DNA of 64,000 nt from positions 28,846-92,845 of the IMG/VR virus record IMGVR_UViG_3300042691_021691; one strand, written 5' to 3'. A program made the translations under genes and the position numbers. This stretch comes from a virus. The notes beneath the pieces were generated by a model that had not been told where the DNA came from, did not search any database, and was given only the letters and a program-made list of their open reading frames with translations. Below are positions 26,934-39,687 of this stretch, in pieces; the first letter of the stretch is position 1; each line of letters starts with the position of its first letter.

Positions 26934-29900
26934 ATGAAAATTAAAGTTCCATTTAAAAAATTAGAACGTATTGCACACTTAGCAGATGTTCATATTAGAT
27001 TATATAAGCGACACGATGAATATAAAGAATGTTTTGCTAAATTGTATGAACAAATTAAAACCTCCGACTTAACATCGGGGGTAATTGTCGTAGCTGGTGA
27101 TATAGTTCACGCAAAAACGGATATGTCTCCTGAAATGGTTGCCTTAGCATCTGAGTTTTTTAAATCATTGGCAGATATAGCACCCACGCTTGTAATCGCG
27201 GGGAATCATGATTTTAATATGGCTAATGCAAATAGATTGGATAGCTTATCACCAATTATTGAACTAATAAATCACCCTAATTTACATTATCTGCGAGATA
27301 GTGGTATTTATAAAGTAGCGGATACAGACTTTGCGGTATTTTCTATAGTAGATGGCAAAGATAAATGGCCTGGTGTAAAAGATTGTACGGCAAAAAATAA
27401 GATCGCACTATATCATGGACCTGTATACGGAGCCAACACAGGTACTAATTTCACAGTAACGTCTAGACATGTAGAAGCACAAGCATTCGATGGGTTTGAT
27501 GCGGTATTGTTAGGAGATATTCATACGTATCAGATACTACAGCAACGGGATATAAAAGAAAAGAAGCCTATCATAGTATATTCGTCGTCGTTAATTCAAC
27601 AAAACCACGGAGAATTGTTAAATAATCATGGATGGTGTCTGTGGGAGGTTGCTAATTTCGCCCATAAGTTTATAGAATTACCAAACGACTATGGATTTTA
27701 CACCTTCGAATGTACAGACAACGCAAAACTGCCTGTTCTACCAATTAAAAATGTAAGACTACGTATTTTCACGGGCGATGTCGATAGTGTATCTGTCAAA
27801 AAATTAATTGCTGCATTCAAAAAGAATTATAATGTAGTTGAATTAACTACAAACAAGCATAGATATGATGGGATTATCAAGCCTAAAACTGCAAAGCATA
27901 CCGAATTATTAGATGTAACGAACGTAAATATTCAAAATTCATTGATAACAGAATATTTAAATAACGCTTCGGCAGATATAGATGATAAGATAGTTGAAGA
28001 AATTTTACAAATTAATTCAAATGCCAACAATCAATTGAAGCATGGCGACTATTCACGTAGCATTCAATGGCGACCAATTGAATTTAATTTCTCAAATATG
28101 TTTTCATATGGAGAAAACAATAAGATTACATTTGATAATATGAAAGGTGTCTATGGAATATTTGCACCTAACGCCAGTGGCAAAAGTTCTATAATGGATG
28201 CGTTGATGTTTTGTCTATACGACAAGACTCCACGTGCATCTCGGGCAGGACACGTAATGAACAATAGAAAGAATACCTTCGACTGCCAGTTGACGTTGCA
28301 AATAAGCAATACGATATATGTTATCAAAAAAAGAGGAACTAGAAAGAAGGGAAATGAAGTAAAAGTTGATGTAGAATTTTTACGACAAGAGCTAGATGGC
28401 ACATTTGTAGCTCTAACAGGCCAAGAACGTAGAGATACCAACTCAATCATTCGTTCTTACATAGGAACGTATGAAGATTTTATTTTAACAACGTTTACAA
28501 ATAATATGTCGGGTGCATTGTTTATAGATACTTCGCATTCCGAGCGCAAGGATTTGTTGTCTCAATTTATGGGACTCAATATTTTTGATAAATTGCATGA
28601 AATTGCCAACGAAGAAAGTAAGCAATTGGCTGCGATTATTAAAAAATTTAATAAGACCGACATTTCTGATAAATTAGTCAGTGTGCAGAACGCAATTGAA
28701 AAATTACAGATGGAAGAAACCACAGTAATTAAAAAATTAGATTATATTAAATCTATTTTATCGGATAGCGAAGTTACAAAAAGTTTATTGCTCCGAGATT
28801 TATTGCCATTAGCAAAAGATTTAGAAGATCCTGATCTACTAAACACAAAAAAGGCAAAATATGAAACACAAATTCAATCCAACTTAACAGAAACGGATGC
28901 ATTAAAAGATAAGCTAGTTAAATTAATAGATTTAGAAAATAAACTGATACAGTCTACGGAGGCGGTGGATTTTGACGAATTGCAGAAAACTATAGCAAGT
29001 ATGCAAGCAATTCAAAATAAAATTACACAGCTACAGAATAAAAAGAAACAGTTGTCAGTTTCTATTATCGAAACGGAGCGATTGATTTCAAAGTTATCGG
29101 ATATTAAGTATAATAAAGAATGCGATATTTGTATACAAAATAATATTACATTTATCGATGAATTATCCGAGTCTAAGACAAAACTTGAAGATTTATCCGC
29201 ACAAATTATGACTATTGATTTGGAAGTAGAAGCATTAGCTCCTAAAATTCAAAATATGGATGTTATGACAGATGCATTTAATGAATATACTACTAATTTA
29301 AATAAATTAACTAGAATAGATGCGGAAAAGACCAAAGTATCATCGTCTATAGACTCCTTAAATTCTTTTATACAATTGTTGTATAAAAATATTGAAGATG
29401 TCGATTTTATGATACAGGAATACAATAACAATTTGGATGCTATTTCGCACAATAAACAAATAGAATCCAAATTGGTTATAGCAGAATATGATATTTCTTC
29501 AAATAAAAAGCAAATTGATAAGATACAATCAACTATATTGGATGTCTCATCGGAATTAAAAGTTGCCAAGAATATAAAATCCACGATGTTAACCGAGATG
29601 TCTGAGATGGAGGAAACCGAGCGCAAATTTAATATTTACAAGCATTATTTACAAGCTACGGGTAGGGATGGCATTCCAAGAATGTTGTTATCTAAAGTGG
29701 TACCAACTATCCAGAACGAAATAAATACAATATTATCGCAGCTGGTTGGATTTACTATTACCTTAGAGATGGAAGGTAAAAATATAAATGCATATTTAAA
29801 TTACGATCACGAGCGAGTTTGGCCTTTGGAAAATTGTTCTGGAATGGAACGATTTATTAGCGGAATTGCTATGAGAGTAGCTTTGCTAAATGCCTCCAAT

Positions 29901-30107
29901 TTGCCAAAAAGTAACTTCTTGTTGATAGATGAAGGATTTGGTACCTTAGATTCTGACCATTTATCTTCGATGCAGACACTTTTTAGCCTACTAAAGTCTC
30001 AATTTGAATTTATTTTGATAGTTAGCCATCTAGATACGGCTCGTGATATGGTAGATAATTCTTTAGAAATTAGGCACAAAGATGGGTATAGTTACATAAA
30101 CATTTAA
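26934..30107 (+). CDS. fused Mre11/SbcD nuclease and Rad50/SbcC ATPase (gp47-gp46-like)
   Basis: ADVH, AGDIVH, AGNHD, LGDIH phosphoesterase motifs; Walker [10 protein letters not shown]; CDIC zinc hook; CSGMERF signature; LLIDEGFG Walker B; IVSH. Confidence 0.92.
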   Translation: MKIKVPFKKLERIAHLADVHIRLYKRHDEYKECFAKLYEQIKTSDLTSGVIVVAGDIVHAKTDMSPEMVALASEFFKSLADIAPTLVIAGNHDFNMANANRLDSLSPIIELINHPNLHYLRDSGIYKVADTDFAVFSIVDGKDKWPGVKDCTAKNKIALYHGPVYGANTGTNFTVTSRHVEAQAFDGFDAVLLGDIHTYQILQQRDIKEKKPIIVYSSSLIQQNHGELLNNHGWCLWEVANFAHKFIELPNDYGFYTFECTDNAKLPVLPIKNVRLRIFTGDVDSVSVKKLIAAFKKNYNVVELTTNKHRYDGIIKPKTAKHTELLDVTNVNIQNSLITEYLNNASADIDDKIVEEILQINSNANNQLKHGDYSRSIQWRPIEFNFSNMFSYGENNKITFDNMKGVYGIFAPNASGKSSIMDALMFCLYDKTPRASRAGHVMNNRKNTFDCQLTLQISNTIYVIKKRGTRKKGNEVKVDVEFLRQELDGTFVALTGQERRDTNSIIRSYIGTYEDFILTTFTNNMSGALFIDTSHSERKDLLSQFMGLNIFDKLHEIANEESKQLAAIIKKFNKTDISDKLVSVQNAIEKLQMEETTVIKKLDYIKSILSDSEVTKSLLLRDLLPLAKDLEDPDLLNTKKAKYETQIQSNLTETDALKDKLVKLIDLENKLIQSTEAVDFDELQKTIASMQAIQNKITQLQNKKKQLSVSIIETERLISKLSDIKYNKECDICIQNNITFIDELSESKTKLEDLSAQIMTIDLEVEALAPKIQNMDVMTDAFNEYTTNLNKLTRIDAEKTKVSSSIDSLNSFIQLLYKNIEDVDFMIQEYNNNLDAISHNKQIESKLVIAEYDISSNKKQIDKIQSTILDVSSELKVAKNIKSTMLTEMSEMEETERKFNIYKHYLQATGRDGIPRMLLSKVVPTIQNEINTILSQLVGFTITLEMEGKNINAYLNYDHERVWPLENCSGMERFISGIAMRVALLNASNLPKSNFLLIDEGFGTLDSDHLSSMQTLFSLLKSQFEFILIVSHLDTARDMVDNSLEIRHKDGYSYINI

Positions 30108-30115
30108 TATTTATA
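30108..30115 (+). promoter_or_regulatory. putative late promoter TATTTATA
   Basis: Exact octamer immediately after the nuclease-ATPase stop codon. Confidence 0.65.
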
Positions 30116-30145
30116 GGTTGCAGATATTTTGTAACCAGGAATACT

Positions 30146-33100
30146 ATGCCAAGACAAAGAAAAGTATCTTTTAATCAAAAGTTAGTAACATATGACGTTT
30201 TAATTGAAGATACTTCCGAAAATTCACAGTATTTTAAAGTATCACAATTCCCAGAAGTGTTTACCGGCGGTAAGAATGGATTTCTAATCGCCGGTACACC
30301 ATTTCTATTGCCAAATTCTAGCGTTTTGGTCGAAGTTGTAAATTCTGAAAATCAAACAATATATCACCAGGCTATACAAAATTACACAGAAGGTGCCTCG
30401 AAATTAATATCATTCGAAGTATACAATGATACAAAGCCAGGATTATATAAAGTAATTTTATTAGGGCAGGCTAGGTATTTTCTCAATGGAGCATCTATTC
30501 CTGATAATTGGAATAATAAGTATAATGTTCGATGGTCGCGTGACGTAATTATAGAACCGCGCAGACGAAATACAGCCCCAATCAGATTTTTAAACCAACC
30601 TAGGTTAATTTTAGATGATGAACAGATCATTTATATTCCATCGTCATCATATACAGTTGTATCAGAACCAATCAATGCTAAATTATACCCTAGATATAAG
30701 TCGTCTCTGGTAGGCGGGTATAGTATTGAAGCGGTTAGCGGAAGTATTTTCTCAGGATCTATAACGGATTCCGCTACATTAGTTGGAGAAATAACAGCGT
30801 CAAACGCCACTAGCGGAGAAGTATATACTAAAGCTATAAATTTACAGTTAGATAAAATATTAAATTCTACACATGCTGAATGTACAAGTTCGCTTATACA
30901 ATTTAAAGACTATCTAGAATATCTTGATATAAAATCGGGAAGTTATTCATATTTTTCTGCACAGGATGGTGTAACATATAATATAACTTCATCGGTCGTA
31001 TTGCAATATCCGGTGTTAACTATAAATGATTCCGCACTGCTAGATACAGGATCATACGCTAAAATACGATTTGTTAATTTAGAAACTGCAACCGGCGAAA
31101 TATACAAAACCAATCTTTCATACAAAATCGCAGGTACTACTGGGGAATTTATAAGTGTTGCAAGAACTCCCATTCAAGTTTCCGAACTATTTGTAACATC
31201 ATCTACAATTGGCGATTATCATATTGGTAAATTTGTTAGCGGTGCATTGCGAGATACTAAAACACATTGGTATGCGGCACCGATTACCTCAAGTGGAAAT
31301 ATAACATATCCATATTCTGCATCGGGATTATATCTAACGGCATCAAACGTATATGGATTGGAATATGATGCGTCTGAATTATTCAATGGAGTATATCCTA
31401 TCGTTCCACTGACTGGATCATATATACCTCCTTATGTGTTCGGTACAAAGGATGCGTTTACATTATTTGCTACTTCGCAATATACGTTACAATTCAACGC
31501 AGTATACTCTTTATACACCGGATCGACAAGACTCAGCGATACTAGTGGTCAATTATACGTTTATCTGGCACCGACATCAGAATCTAGAATACTAGATACA
31601 AATCCTCTTGGGCAACTTATAGGTACCATAACACCGAACGATGGGACCGATAAGCAATATTTTGATGGCGTTTCATTTAATTTCAATCCGCAAGTAGTAG
31701 ATTCGGGAAGCGTAACATTTAGATTTTTAGCTACCAGTGGATTCTGGAAGTTTTCAAACATTACATTAAAGCCTGCCGAAGAATTTGCGTTCAATCCGGA
31801 CGAATCAATTATATTGATTCCAAATTTAGTGGATGGTAAGAGTTTAATTTATAAAGCAGAATTTTTTGATATAAATAACAATTCTACAAAGATTGAAGTA
31901 TTATCTGAACCTGTATATTTCGCTGGACCTAGAAAATATTTGACATCGGCTACCGTAGGTGCTTCTTCATTAGATGGATTAACTGATGTTACATTAAGTT
32001 CACCAACGCCTGGTCAAATTCTAGCATATAATGGAAGTCAATGGATTAACGCTGCAAACAGTGGTGCAACGGGGATACAAGGGGCGACAGGTCCCACTGG
32101 AATAAGAGGAGCAACTGGAATACAAGGTCCCACAGGACCTCAAGGAACCACAGGACCTACGGGCATTCAAGGTCCTACAGGTGCACAAGGTATACAAGGA
32201 CTCACAGGAACTACAGGACCCACTGGTATTCAAGGAACTACCGGACCCACTGGTATCCAAGGTCCAACGGGTATCCAAGGATTAACGGGCACTACAGGAC
32301 CTACCGGTGTTCAAGGTACCACAGGACCCACCGGTATACAAGGACCTACTGGTATTCAAGGATCTACTGGACCTCAAGGCACAACTGGTCCAACTGGTAT
32401 TCAAGGTCCAACGGGTGCACAAGGTATCCAGGGAACACAAGGAACTACGGGACCTACTGGATTACAAGGAACTACCGGACCTACCGGCATTCAAGGATTA
32501 ACCGGTGCTACTGGACCACAAGGAATTACAGGCCCAACAGGCCCAAATATACCTGGGTTAGTATCGTCATCCACATTCTCATCCCCTTCCCAGGGAACAG
32601 TTAGAGCAGTAATAAATTCAACAACAACTGATGTAGATACCGGACTGCAAACAGGCGATAGTCCAACCTTCGCAGGATTAACAGTTGATACAAATACACT
32701 ATATGTAGACGCGACAAACGACAGAGTGGGCATAGGAACCACCGTTCCAATTACAAAATTGGATATTAGAGGTGGTATACTTCGTACAAATACAAGAGTA
32801 GACGGTGGACAGAATTATCCTATGGGACATTATACTCCAGGAGAAACTGTATTTGAAATTGATTCAACGTGGAGTGAAGCGGAACTTCAGGAATACTTTA
32901 ACTCCTCCGCAGTAACATGGGCAAATGATTCCACTTCACCAGGCGGATATGCAATTTCTATAGCAGGCGCGGTAAATGTGGGAAATGGACCATACGGATC
33001 TGGATTTCCATACATTCCTGTAGATCAAGACGATGTATTTTATATGGAATGTTGGATCAAAAACACATCAGGAACTAATACCCATTATATGGGATCTATT

Positions 33101-33493
33101 GATTATAATTCATCGTTTACAAGCTTGGGAGGTAATCCTGGTTCATTTGGATATTGGGTTATGAGTAATACAAATCCAGGAGCATCATGGACAAGAGTAT
33201 CTGGATATATTGCAGGATTTGGTACTTCTACGGGACAATTCGTTGTGGGAACGAAATATTGGACTCCACAAGCATTGTTTAATTACACAGGCGGAGGTAC
33301 GTGTTATATTTCTGGATGGAAAGCTATAAATGTAACTGCCCGTGGTAATAGATATTTTATAAGTGGTAGCGTTGGTGTGGGCACGACAAGTCCCTCATAT
33401 ACACTTGATGTGAATGGTACAACTAGATCTTCAATAATGAGAGCACCTACGGCATTGGTGATTCCTGTAGGAACCAATATGTATGCTACGTAG
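30146..33493 (+). CDS. virion fibre-like protein with a collagen-like domain
   Basis: LDGLTDV...[11 protein letters not shown] fibre motif, G-X-Y run, [15 protein letters not shown]...LDVNG fibre repeats. Confidence 0.8.
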   Translation: MPRQRKVSFNQKLVTYDVLIEDTSENSQYFKVSQFPEVFTGGKNGFLIAGTPFLLPNSSVLVEVVNSENQTIYHQAIQNYTEGASKLISFEVYNDTKPGLYKVILLGQARYFLNGASIPDNWNNKYNVRWSRDVIIEPRRRNTAPIRFLNQPRLILDDEQIIYIPSSSYTVVSEPINAKLYPRYKSSLVGGYSIEAVSGSIFSGSITDSATLVGEITASNATSGEVYTKAINLQLDKILNSTHAECTSSLIQFKDYLEYLDIKSGSYSYFSAQDGVTYNITSSVVLQYPVLTINDSALLDTGSYAKIRFVNLETATGEIYKTNLSYKIAGTTGEFISVARTPIQVSELFVTSSTIGDYHIGKFVSGALRDTKTHWYAAPITSSGNITYPYSASGLYLTASNVYGLEYDASELFNGVYPIVPLTGSYIPPYVFGTKDAFTLFATSQYTLQFNAVYSLYTGSTRLSDTSGQLYVYLAPTSESRILDTNPLGQLIGTITPNDGTDKQYFDGVSFNFNPQVVDSGSVTFRFLATSGFWKFSNITLKPAEEFAFNPDESIILIPNLVDGKSLIYKAEFFDINNNSTKIEVLSEPVYFAGPRKYLTSATVGASSLDGLTDVTLSSPTPGQILAYNGSQWINAANSGATGIQGATGPTGIRGATGIQGPTGPQGTTGPTGIQGPTGAQGIQGLTGTTGPTGIQGTTGPTGIQGPTGIQGLTGTTGPTGVQGTTGPTGIQGPTGIQGSTGPQGTTGPTGIQGPTGAQGIQGTQGTTGPTGLQGTTGPTGIQGLTGATGPQGITGPTGPNIPGLVSSSTFSSPSQGTVRAVINSTTTDVDTGLQTGDSPTFAGLTVDTNTLYVDATNDRVGIGTTVPITKLDIRGGILRTNTRVDGGQNYPMGHYTPGETVFEIDSTWSEAELQEYFNSSAVTWANDSTSPGGYAISIAGAVNVGNGPYGSGFPYIPVDQDDVFYMECWIKNTSGTNTHYMGSIDYNSSFTSLGGNPGSFGYWVMSNTNPGASWTRVSGYIAGFGTSTGQFVVGTKYWTPQALFNYTGGGTCYISGWKAINVTARGNRYFISGSVGVGTTSPSYTLDVNGTTRSSIMRAPTALVIPVGTNMYAT
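32063..32548 (+). repeat. collagen-like (Gly-X-Y) repeat, 54 triplets by length
   Basis: GPT/GIQ/GTT triplets; 486 nt. Confidence 0.9.
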
Positions 33494-33504
33494 TAGTTTG
33501 GTTA

Positions 33505-33512
33505 TATTTATA
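33505..33512 (+). promoter_or_regulatory. putative late promoter TATTTATA
   Basis: Exact octamer in a 33-nt gap. Confidence 0.6.
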
Positions 33513-33526
33513 TACGAACACTTACA

Positions 33527-35695
33527 GTGAAATATATGAAATTTACTATATTAGAAGCCAACAATTCTTCAAATGATGATGCATTCAATAAAACTATATC
33601 AATTATGCAGATGATAGACAAGCATAATGAAATAGTTTCTGAGTTAGATGAAGAATCAAAGAAAAATTGCACCATTAGTTATACCGATTCCCCAAAAGCT
33701 ATGCGGAAAAAGTGCAAGCATGCCAGAAAAACTGGATATTTTCATATTCCATTGTATATGACGTTGTTTCCAAAGCATACTGAACCATCAACCACTGATA
33801 ATTCATCTGGCGAAACTGATAGTGGTTCCGCAGAAGGTGGAGATTCTGGTATGGCTACCGAAGAAATTATAACGGATGCAGAATCTAGTACTGAACGGGT
33901 TCGTAGATACTATAAGCGCCATCCTAAGAAAGTTAAGCAATACTTGCGTAAAACTGTAAAGGATAGAGCAGCTAGAAACCGTGATCGTAGAAAGGCTGTA
34001 AAGAAATATGGCAAATCCAAAATGAAAAACCACGATGTGCATCACCCAAATGGTGCCAAGAATGGTAACTGGAAGCTAGCTAGAAAGGATCATGGTAGAG
34101 ATACCAAGGATATGCAGAAGCGCAAAGCACAAGCGTTGGCTAAGATGAAGCAGAAGGCGCCACGACCAGCCGCTGCTCCTAAAGAAAAGCCAACGCCAGT
34201 AAAGAAATTAACATTCACCGCGCACATTTTCAAAAATTTGTCTCTTACGTTCGATGATGTTATCAAGATATTAGGCAGAGGGCTTGGAGAATTGCTAGGA
34301 ATGGGATCAAAGATAACGGATAAGCTATCGCGTGAGACCGTTACTATGACTGTAAAAAATGGAAAGCTATTATTAATTAAAAATAAGAGTGATGTGGCAG
34401 ATGTAGATAAGACAGGAGTATCTTCTAAGCAATATATCGATGCATTTGATGGTGATAAGCATCTAAAAACATCTATTGCCCAGACATTAGTAGATTTGGA
34501 GAAGATGATTCGAGCGGAAGGGAACACCGACGCAATGAAATCGGTGTTTGACAACGGGAAGAAGTTTATTTCATTCGATGTATATACTTCATCAGAAAAT
34601 AATATAACTCCAAGCAATAAAAATTTTGTAGTATTTAAAGATGTGGTGTCATATAACGAAGATTATAAAACTGATGCTACGTTAGAAAACGCCAGCAAGT
34701 TTATTATTAGTAATATGCTAAAGTATCAATACGCATTAGATCCAAATAAAGTTAATAATATCTATTTTAGCGAAGAGCAAACATACAAATTAGAAGCACA
34801 AATAAAAAAATTGGCAGCTTCTATGGAAAAGTTGGCATCCGAATATGAATTGACATCGGAAGATACACTTAGAGATTATTTAGTTCAAGTATGCAACGAA
34901 TTACTGATCAAATTAGAAAATGAAAATGATCTAGAGTTCACAGAACAAGAAAAAAATGATATCTTGTATCGATGGGTGGATAAAGAGGAGTTTGATTTAG
35001 ATACTCTTGATGATAAGAAGAAGGATGCCATTAAAAAATATGAAAAGGATGCGTTAAAGCAAGATATAATCGATGGTATGTCAAATATACAATCGGTCAT
35101 ATTAAAGGGATCGGTATTATTATTGCAAAGAATAAACAATACACTGGTGGGCAGCATACCACATAAGAAGAAAATCATCAATCAAGAAGTTTCAAAATCA
35201 GTTGATGCCTTGAATGACGCATATCTAGAAGGAAAGGATGTATACGAAACTCTCCAACGAGAATTAAAACGCTTAAAGTCAGTAGAAATAGAAACTGATG
35301 AGATAGTTTTCTATTACGATGGTGAATTTTATGTATTTTCTAAAGATTCATCATTAATTGGTGGATTGGATCAACTAGTTCCTAAAGATGCAGGAGATTC
35401 TACAGAATTAACCACCAATAAGAAAAAGAAAAAGGGTAATGCCAAGAATTCAATGAAAGGAATTCTGGCAAATTTATTCAAACAAGGGATACGAATTACC
35501 AATCCAAAGACAGGGCAACCTATTTATTTAAGAACGGCATTAGGATATGGACCTGGGCATCCTGCATATGATGCTGCACGAGAATGGTTAAAGAATAACG
35601 TTAAAGGAATTCCATTATTTAGAGATCCATCTGTCGCAATTTTACATAAACGACCACAATCAAAGGGATATAACAAGTATGGTTACTTCGAATGA
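33527..35695 (+). CDS. multidomain protein with a degenerate HNH-like segment, possibly head-associated (start may be ATG 33536)
   Basis: RAARNRDRR...HDVHHPNGAKNGNWKL; long acidic helical region; C-terminal ITNPKTG...TALGY...HPAY module. Confidence 0.6.
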   Translation: MKYMKFTILEANNSSNDDAFNKTISIMQMIDKHNEIVSELDEESKKNCTISYTDSPKAMRKKCKHARKTGYFHIPLYMTLFPKHTEPSTTDNSSGETDSGSAEGGDSGMATEEIITDAESSTERVRRYYKRHPKKVKQYLRKTVKDRAARNRDRRKAVKKYGKSKMKNHDVHHPNGAKNGNWKLARKDHGRDTKDMQKRKAQALAKMKQKAPRPAAAPKEKPTPVKKLTFTAHIFKNLSLTFDDVIKILGRGLGELLGMGSKITDKLSRETVTMTVKNGKLLLIKNKSDVADVDKTGVSSKQYIDAFDGDKHLKTSIAQTLVDLEKMIRAEGNTDAMKSVFDNGKKFISFDVYTSSENNITPSNKNFVVFKDVVSYNEDYKTDATLENASKFIISNMLKYQYALDPNKVNNIYFSEEQTYKLEAQIKKLAASMEKLASEYELTSEDTLRDYLVQVCNELLIKLENENDLEFTEQEKNDILYRWVDKEEFDLDTLDDKKKDAIKKYEKDALKQDIIDGMSNIQSVILKGSVLLLQRINNTLVGSIPHKKKIINQEVSKSVDALNDAYLEGKDVYETLQRELKRLKSVEIETDEIVFYYDGEFYVFSKDSSLIGGLDQLVPKDAGDSTELTTNKKKKKGNAKNSMKGILANLFKQGIRITNPKTGQPIYLRTALGYGPGHPAYDAAREWLKNNVKGIPLFRDPSVAILHKRPQSKGYNKYGYFE

Positions 35696-36242
35696 TCAAA
35701 TCAATGATGCAAGAAGAAAGATTAATGAAATAATTAATAAGGAAGAAAGCAGAATCGTAGTCGGGTGGCGTCCTACCGATATTGATAGAAAAGAAGGTGA
35801 CGTTTGGGAAGAAGCTGGTCGTAAATGGACTGTAAAAAATGGAATTAAACAATCCGTTACAAAGTTAGATGACGCAAAAACACCTTGGTGGTGCCCACAA
35901 TGCAGTAAACCTCTCAATCATAGAATTGATGTTAAGTTTTGGGGTATCCGTGGTAAGTGTATGGAATGTGTAACGGCAGAAGAAACCGAGTTAAAGAGAC
36001 TTGGTTTATATAAAGAATACGAAGAGAGTAAAGTAAAAGCAAATTACATAGCTACGTTGAAAGATAAGCTTCAAGAATTGGAACATTTACGAGATACAGT
36101 ATCGGCTCCGGAGATTGTACACGCCGATGAAGAGAAAATTTTAATGATTGAGAAGTGGAACGTAGATGTTAATAAGTTGCGAGCAGATATACAAGAGGAT
36201 ATTGATAAACTATATGCGGCGTTAGCCGAAGTGGATGTATAA
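35679..36242 (+). CDS. hypothetical zinc-binding protein
   Basis: CPQC...CMEC. Confidence 0.75.
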   Translation: MVTSNDQINDARRKINEIINKEESRIVVGWRPTDIDRKEGDVWEEAGRKWTVKNGIKQSVTKLDDAKTPWWCPQCSKPLNHRIDVKFWGIRGKCMECVTAEETELKRLGLYKEYEESKVKANYIATLKDKLQELEHLRDTVSAPEIVHADEEKILMIEKWNVDVNKLRADIQEDIDKLYAALAEVDV

Positions 36243-36930
36243 AATGAAAATATTAGAATCTTTATTAAAATTTGGCGCAGGATTCGATAAATTAACCGCA
36301 ATTGGAAAATATGCGGTGATTGGAGTGGCTATATTTTTAATTTCATATATGTTTGGGAAGTCAAACAGTAAAAATGAGTTTGCGGAGTTTCAAGCTAAAT
36401 ATGAAGAATATCAACGAACTTCGCAGAATGCAATTAAATATAGCGATTCATTGAAAACAGAAGTTAATTCTCTGCGAGATCAAAATACAAAGAAGGATTC
36501 TACAATTAAAACTTTAACAATTTCTATCTCGTTTAAAAACAAGGAACGAGCGCAGCTTAGAAATTCACTTGCTAGTTTAGAAAATAGAATAGATTCATCG
36601 GTAGCCAATGCAGATACGGCAACACTGTTGGTATTGAAAGATTCTGCTATCGTAAACTTAAAGGCGCAAGTAGAAACTGCCGATTCTGTGATTGTTCAAC
36701 AAGAATCTGTAGTAAAATTACAAAATGAAAAGATTGTAAATTTAAATTCTGCGCTATTATTATCCGAGACCAGAGCAGATAGTCTCACAAAAGTATTACA
36801 AGCATTACCAACGACACCAAAGAATCCAGATAAGTTTTTGTTTGGATTATTACCGAAGCCAAGCAGAACAGTAGTTGCGGTGGTATCATTTGCTAGTGGA
36901 GCAATATTAGCATCTCAATTAAGAAGATAA
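36235..36930 (+). CDS. membrane-anchored coiled-coil protein, possibly spanin-like
   Basis: N-terminal TM, long coiled coil and hydrophobic C-terminus. Confidence 0.6.
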   Translation: MYKMKILESLLKFGAGFDKLTAIGKYAVIGVAIFLISYMFGKSNSKNEFAEFQAKYEEYQRTSQNAIKYSDSLKTEVNSLRDQNTKKDSTIKTLTISISFKNKERAQLRNSLASLENRIDSSVANADTATLLVLKDSAIVNLKAQVETADSVIVQQESVVKLQNEKIVNLNSALLLSETRADSLTKVLQALPTTPKNPDKFLFGLLPKPSRTVVAVVSFASGAILASQLRR

Positions 36931-36933
36931 TAT

Positions 36934-38526
36934 ATGTCAGCGGTTACGAAAAATTCATCTGATAATTTGCGGGAAATAATTAAGCAAGAGTATAAAAAGT
37001 GCATAATAAGCCCGGCATACTTCTTAACAAAGTATTGTTATATCCAGCATCCTATCAAAGGCAAGCTATTATTTAATTTATACGATTATCAAAAAGATTC
37101 TATCTCGCAGTTTGAAGAAAAGGACTACAACATAGTATTGAAGGGTCGCCAGATTGGTATTTCTACACTAGTAGCCGGATATGCGTTGTGGTTACTACTA
37201 TTTCATGAAGATAAAAACATATTAGTAATCGCTACGAAGCAAGAAACTGCAAAAAATCTAGTAACTAAAGTTAGATATATGCATTCCAATCTCCCAGTAT
37301 GGCTTCGTGGGAACTGTACAACTGATAATAAACTATCATTACAATTTTCTAATGGGTCGCAAATTAAAGCGGTTGCTCGCAGTAAGGATGCTGGTCGATC
37401 AGAAGCACTTTCTCTGTTAATTCTAGACGAAGCTGCATTCATTGATGATGCAGAAGTAATTTGGACCGCCGCATCATCAACATTATCTACTGGTGGTAAG
37501 GCAATTCTATTATCTACTCCAAATGGCGTGGGTAATTTCTTCCATAAGATGTGGTTACACGCCCAAGAAGGAAGTAATAACTTTAATCCAATACTATTAG
37601 ATTGGAAAGTTCATCCTGAAAGAGATCAGGCATGGAGAGATAGACAAACAGAAATTCTAGGCGAAGCTCAAGCAGCACAAGAGCATGATGCAAGTTTTAT
37701 TTTCTCTGGTAATACAGTAATTAAACCAGAAATAATTGAATTTTATAGAAATACCTACTTAGAAGAACCAAAATCCAAGCAAGGATTTGACAATAATCTG
37801 TGGATATGGGAATACCCAGAAGCAAACCGAAGTTATGTGCTAGCAGGTGACGTAGCTAGAGGCGATGGGGAAGATTATTCGGCATTTCATATAATCGACA
37901 TAGAAAAATCCACACAAGTAGCAGAGTATAAAGGAAAATTAACTCCAAAAGAGTTTGGTAATTTGATGGTGGCTACGGCAACTATGTATAACGATGCCCT
38001 ACTGATCTGCGATAACAGTTCTATTGGGCATACCTCAATACAACAAGTAATAGATAGACAATATAAAAATTTATTTTATATGTCAAAAGACTTACAGGTA
38101 GTAGATGTAGCACATCAACATACAAACAGATATTATAGGGAAGAAAAGTCTATGGTTCCTGGGTTTAGCATATCCGCCAGAACCAGACCGTTGATTATTT
38201 CTAAGTTGGACGAATATATGAGAGATAATTCCTTTATAATTCGTTCAATCAGAACTATAACTGAGTTAGAAACGTTTATTTGGAAGAATGGTAGAGCCGA
38301 ATCGCTGTCAGGATATAACGACGATTTGGTTATGTCGTTGTGCATAGGGCTATGGGTAAGAGATACGGCGCTGAGATTGCGTCAGGAACAAATAGAATTA
38401 ACAAAGAAGAGCTTAGACTTGACGTATAGTAGCTATATGCCCCTTACTTCGAGGGATAGAAAGGAAGATAGTTATCAGATGCAAGTAGGAGATTCAGTCG
38501 AAGATATTCGATGGTTGTTAGGATAG
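36934..38526 (+). CDS. terL: terminase large subunit (T4 gp17-like)
   Basis: LYDYQ, LKGRQIGIST, LLILDEAAF, LSTPNG, AGDVARGDGEDYS, NDDLVMS. Confidence 0.97.
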   Translation: MSAVTKNSSDNLREIIKQEYKKCIISPAYFLTKYCYIQHPIKGKLLFNLYDYQKDSISQFEEKDYNIVLKGRQIGISTLVAGYALWLLLFHEDKNILVIATKQETAKNLVTKVRYMHSNLPVWLRGNCTTDNKLSLQFSNGSQIKAVARSKDAGRSEALSLLILDEAAFIDDAEVIWTAASSTLSTGGKAILLSTPNGVGNFFHKMWLHAQEGSNNFNPILLDWKVHPERDQAWRDRQTEILGEAQAAQEHDASFIFSGNTVIKPEIIEFYRNTYLEEPKSKQGFDNNLWIWEYPEANRSYVLAGDVARGDGEDYSAFHIIDIEKSTQVAEYKGKLTPKEFGNLMVATATMYNDALLICDNSSIGHTSIQQVIDRQYKNLFYMSKDLQVVDVAHQHTNRYYREEKSMVPGFSISARTRPLIISKLDEYMRDNSFIIRSIRTITELETFIWKNGRAESLSGYNDDLVMSLCIGLWVRDTALRLRQEQIELTKKSLDLTYSSYMPLTSRDRKEDSYQMQVGDSVEDIRWLLG

Positions 38527-38531
38527 TATAC

Positions 38532-38539
38532 TATTTATA
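38532..38539 (+). promoter_or_regulatory. putative late promoter TATTTATA
   Basis: Exact octamer just after the terminase stop codon. Confidence 0.65.
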
Positions 38540-38587
38540 GTATAAAGTAGTATTCCTGCTTAATCCAATATTTTGGAGATTTTTTGT

Positions 38588-39664
38588 ATGAGTGATAGCA
38601 AAATAAAGAAGTTAGTTAAAGAAGAATTAAAATCTATAGTCATAACTGAGGTTTTAAAAGAACATACCAAAGAATATAATGAATTCTTTGAATCTATTGG
38701 CATTTTTGACGCCAATGTTAAGCGGGATCTTTTGAAAGTATTATTAAAGAGGGATTTATCTGTATTGTCGGAAGCCATGACATTTAAAGATCTGCAAAAG
38801 AAAGCCGCCGAAGAAGGTGGTATAGATTCGTTAAAAGCAGATTTGAAAACAGATAAGCGAGATGACATATTACAGGCATTATTTAAGGGAAGAGAGACAG
38901 ACCCATCGATTGCGGGTAGATTTGCACGAGCGTTAGACGTATCTCCAGATGATGTAGAAAAAGCTGGATTTTCGGTACGCGCAGCGACACCAGAACCACC
39001 AAGAAAAGAGCCTAGTGGATCGGGAGCAGCAATTCGCGCCCGTGCCGCCACGCCACAAAAAACACCAGAAAAGCCAAAGCCCAAGGCTGCTGCTCCAGCT
39101 ACCCCTACAAAAGCGGAACCAAAATCAGAACCTGCCACTAAAAAAGCAGAGCCGAAGACAGCCGCACCACAAAAAGGTAAAAAGGGAAAGAAAGAAGCGC
39201 CACCGGCTGCTCCAAAAAAGAAAGAGCCACATAGAGGCAGTGCTAAAAAAGCAAAGGAAAGAGAACGCGAAGCCGGTCAAGGTGGTGGCAAATCAGATAA
39301 AGGACCTACTGTTCCTTATATTCATGGCAGAAAAATGTCACCTCGTGCAAAGGCAGAACGAGAACGAATTGGAAAGGAAATGTTAGGCGGTGGAAAGGAT
39401 AATGATGGCAAACCATTACCATTAGCAGGTCGTAGCAAAGCTATGAGAAACTGGAGTGCTAAGAAAAGAAAAGCCGCGAATAATCGAATGAATAGAGTAA
39501 AAGAAAAATTCAAGAGACGCGCAGTTAGATTTGGATGGCCTGCTTCTGCATGGAAAAGTTTCGTATGGGCAGCTGCAAGTGATATTGCTATTAAAAAATA
39601 TGGTGGATCTGCTACTCGTTCCGCAAATCCAATATCAGCAAGACCAAAGAAACCTAAAGAATAA
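38588..39664 (+). CDS. Lys/Ala/Pro-rich basic protein, probable head-internal protein
   Basis: ATG 38588 follows GGAG; low-complexity KAEPK-type linker; very basic C-terminus. Confidence 0.7.
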   Translation: MSDSKIKKLVKEELKSIVITEVLKEHTKEYNEFFESIGIFDANVKRDLLKVLLKRDLSVLSEAMTFKDLQKKAAEEGGIDSLKADLKTDKRDDILQALFKGRETDPSIAGRFARALDVSPDDVEKAGFSVRAATPEPPRKEPSGSGAAIRARAATPQKTPEKPKPKAAAPATPTKAEPKSEPATKKAEPKTAAPQKGKKGKKEAPPAAPKKKEPHRGSAKKAKEREREAGQGGGKSDKGPTVPYIHGRKMSPRAKAERERIGKEMLGGGKDNDGKPLPLAGRSKAMRNWSAKKRKAANNRMNRVKEKFKRRAVRFGWPASAWKSFVWAAASDIAIKKYGGSATRSANPISARPKKPKE

Positions 39665-39687
39665 TATTTACATTCTGGAGATATAGT

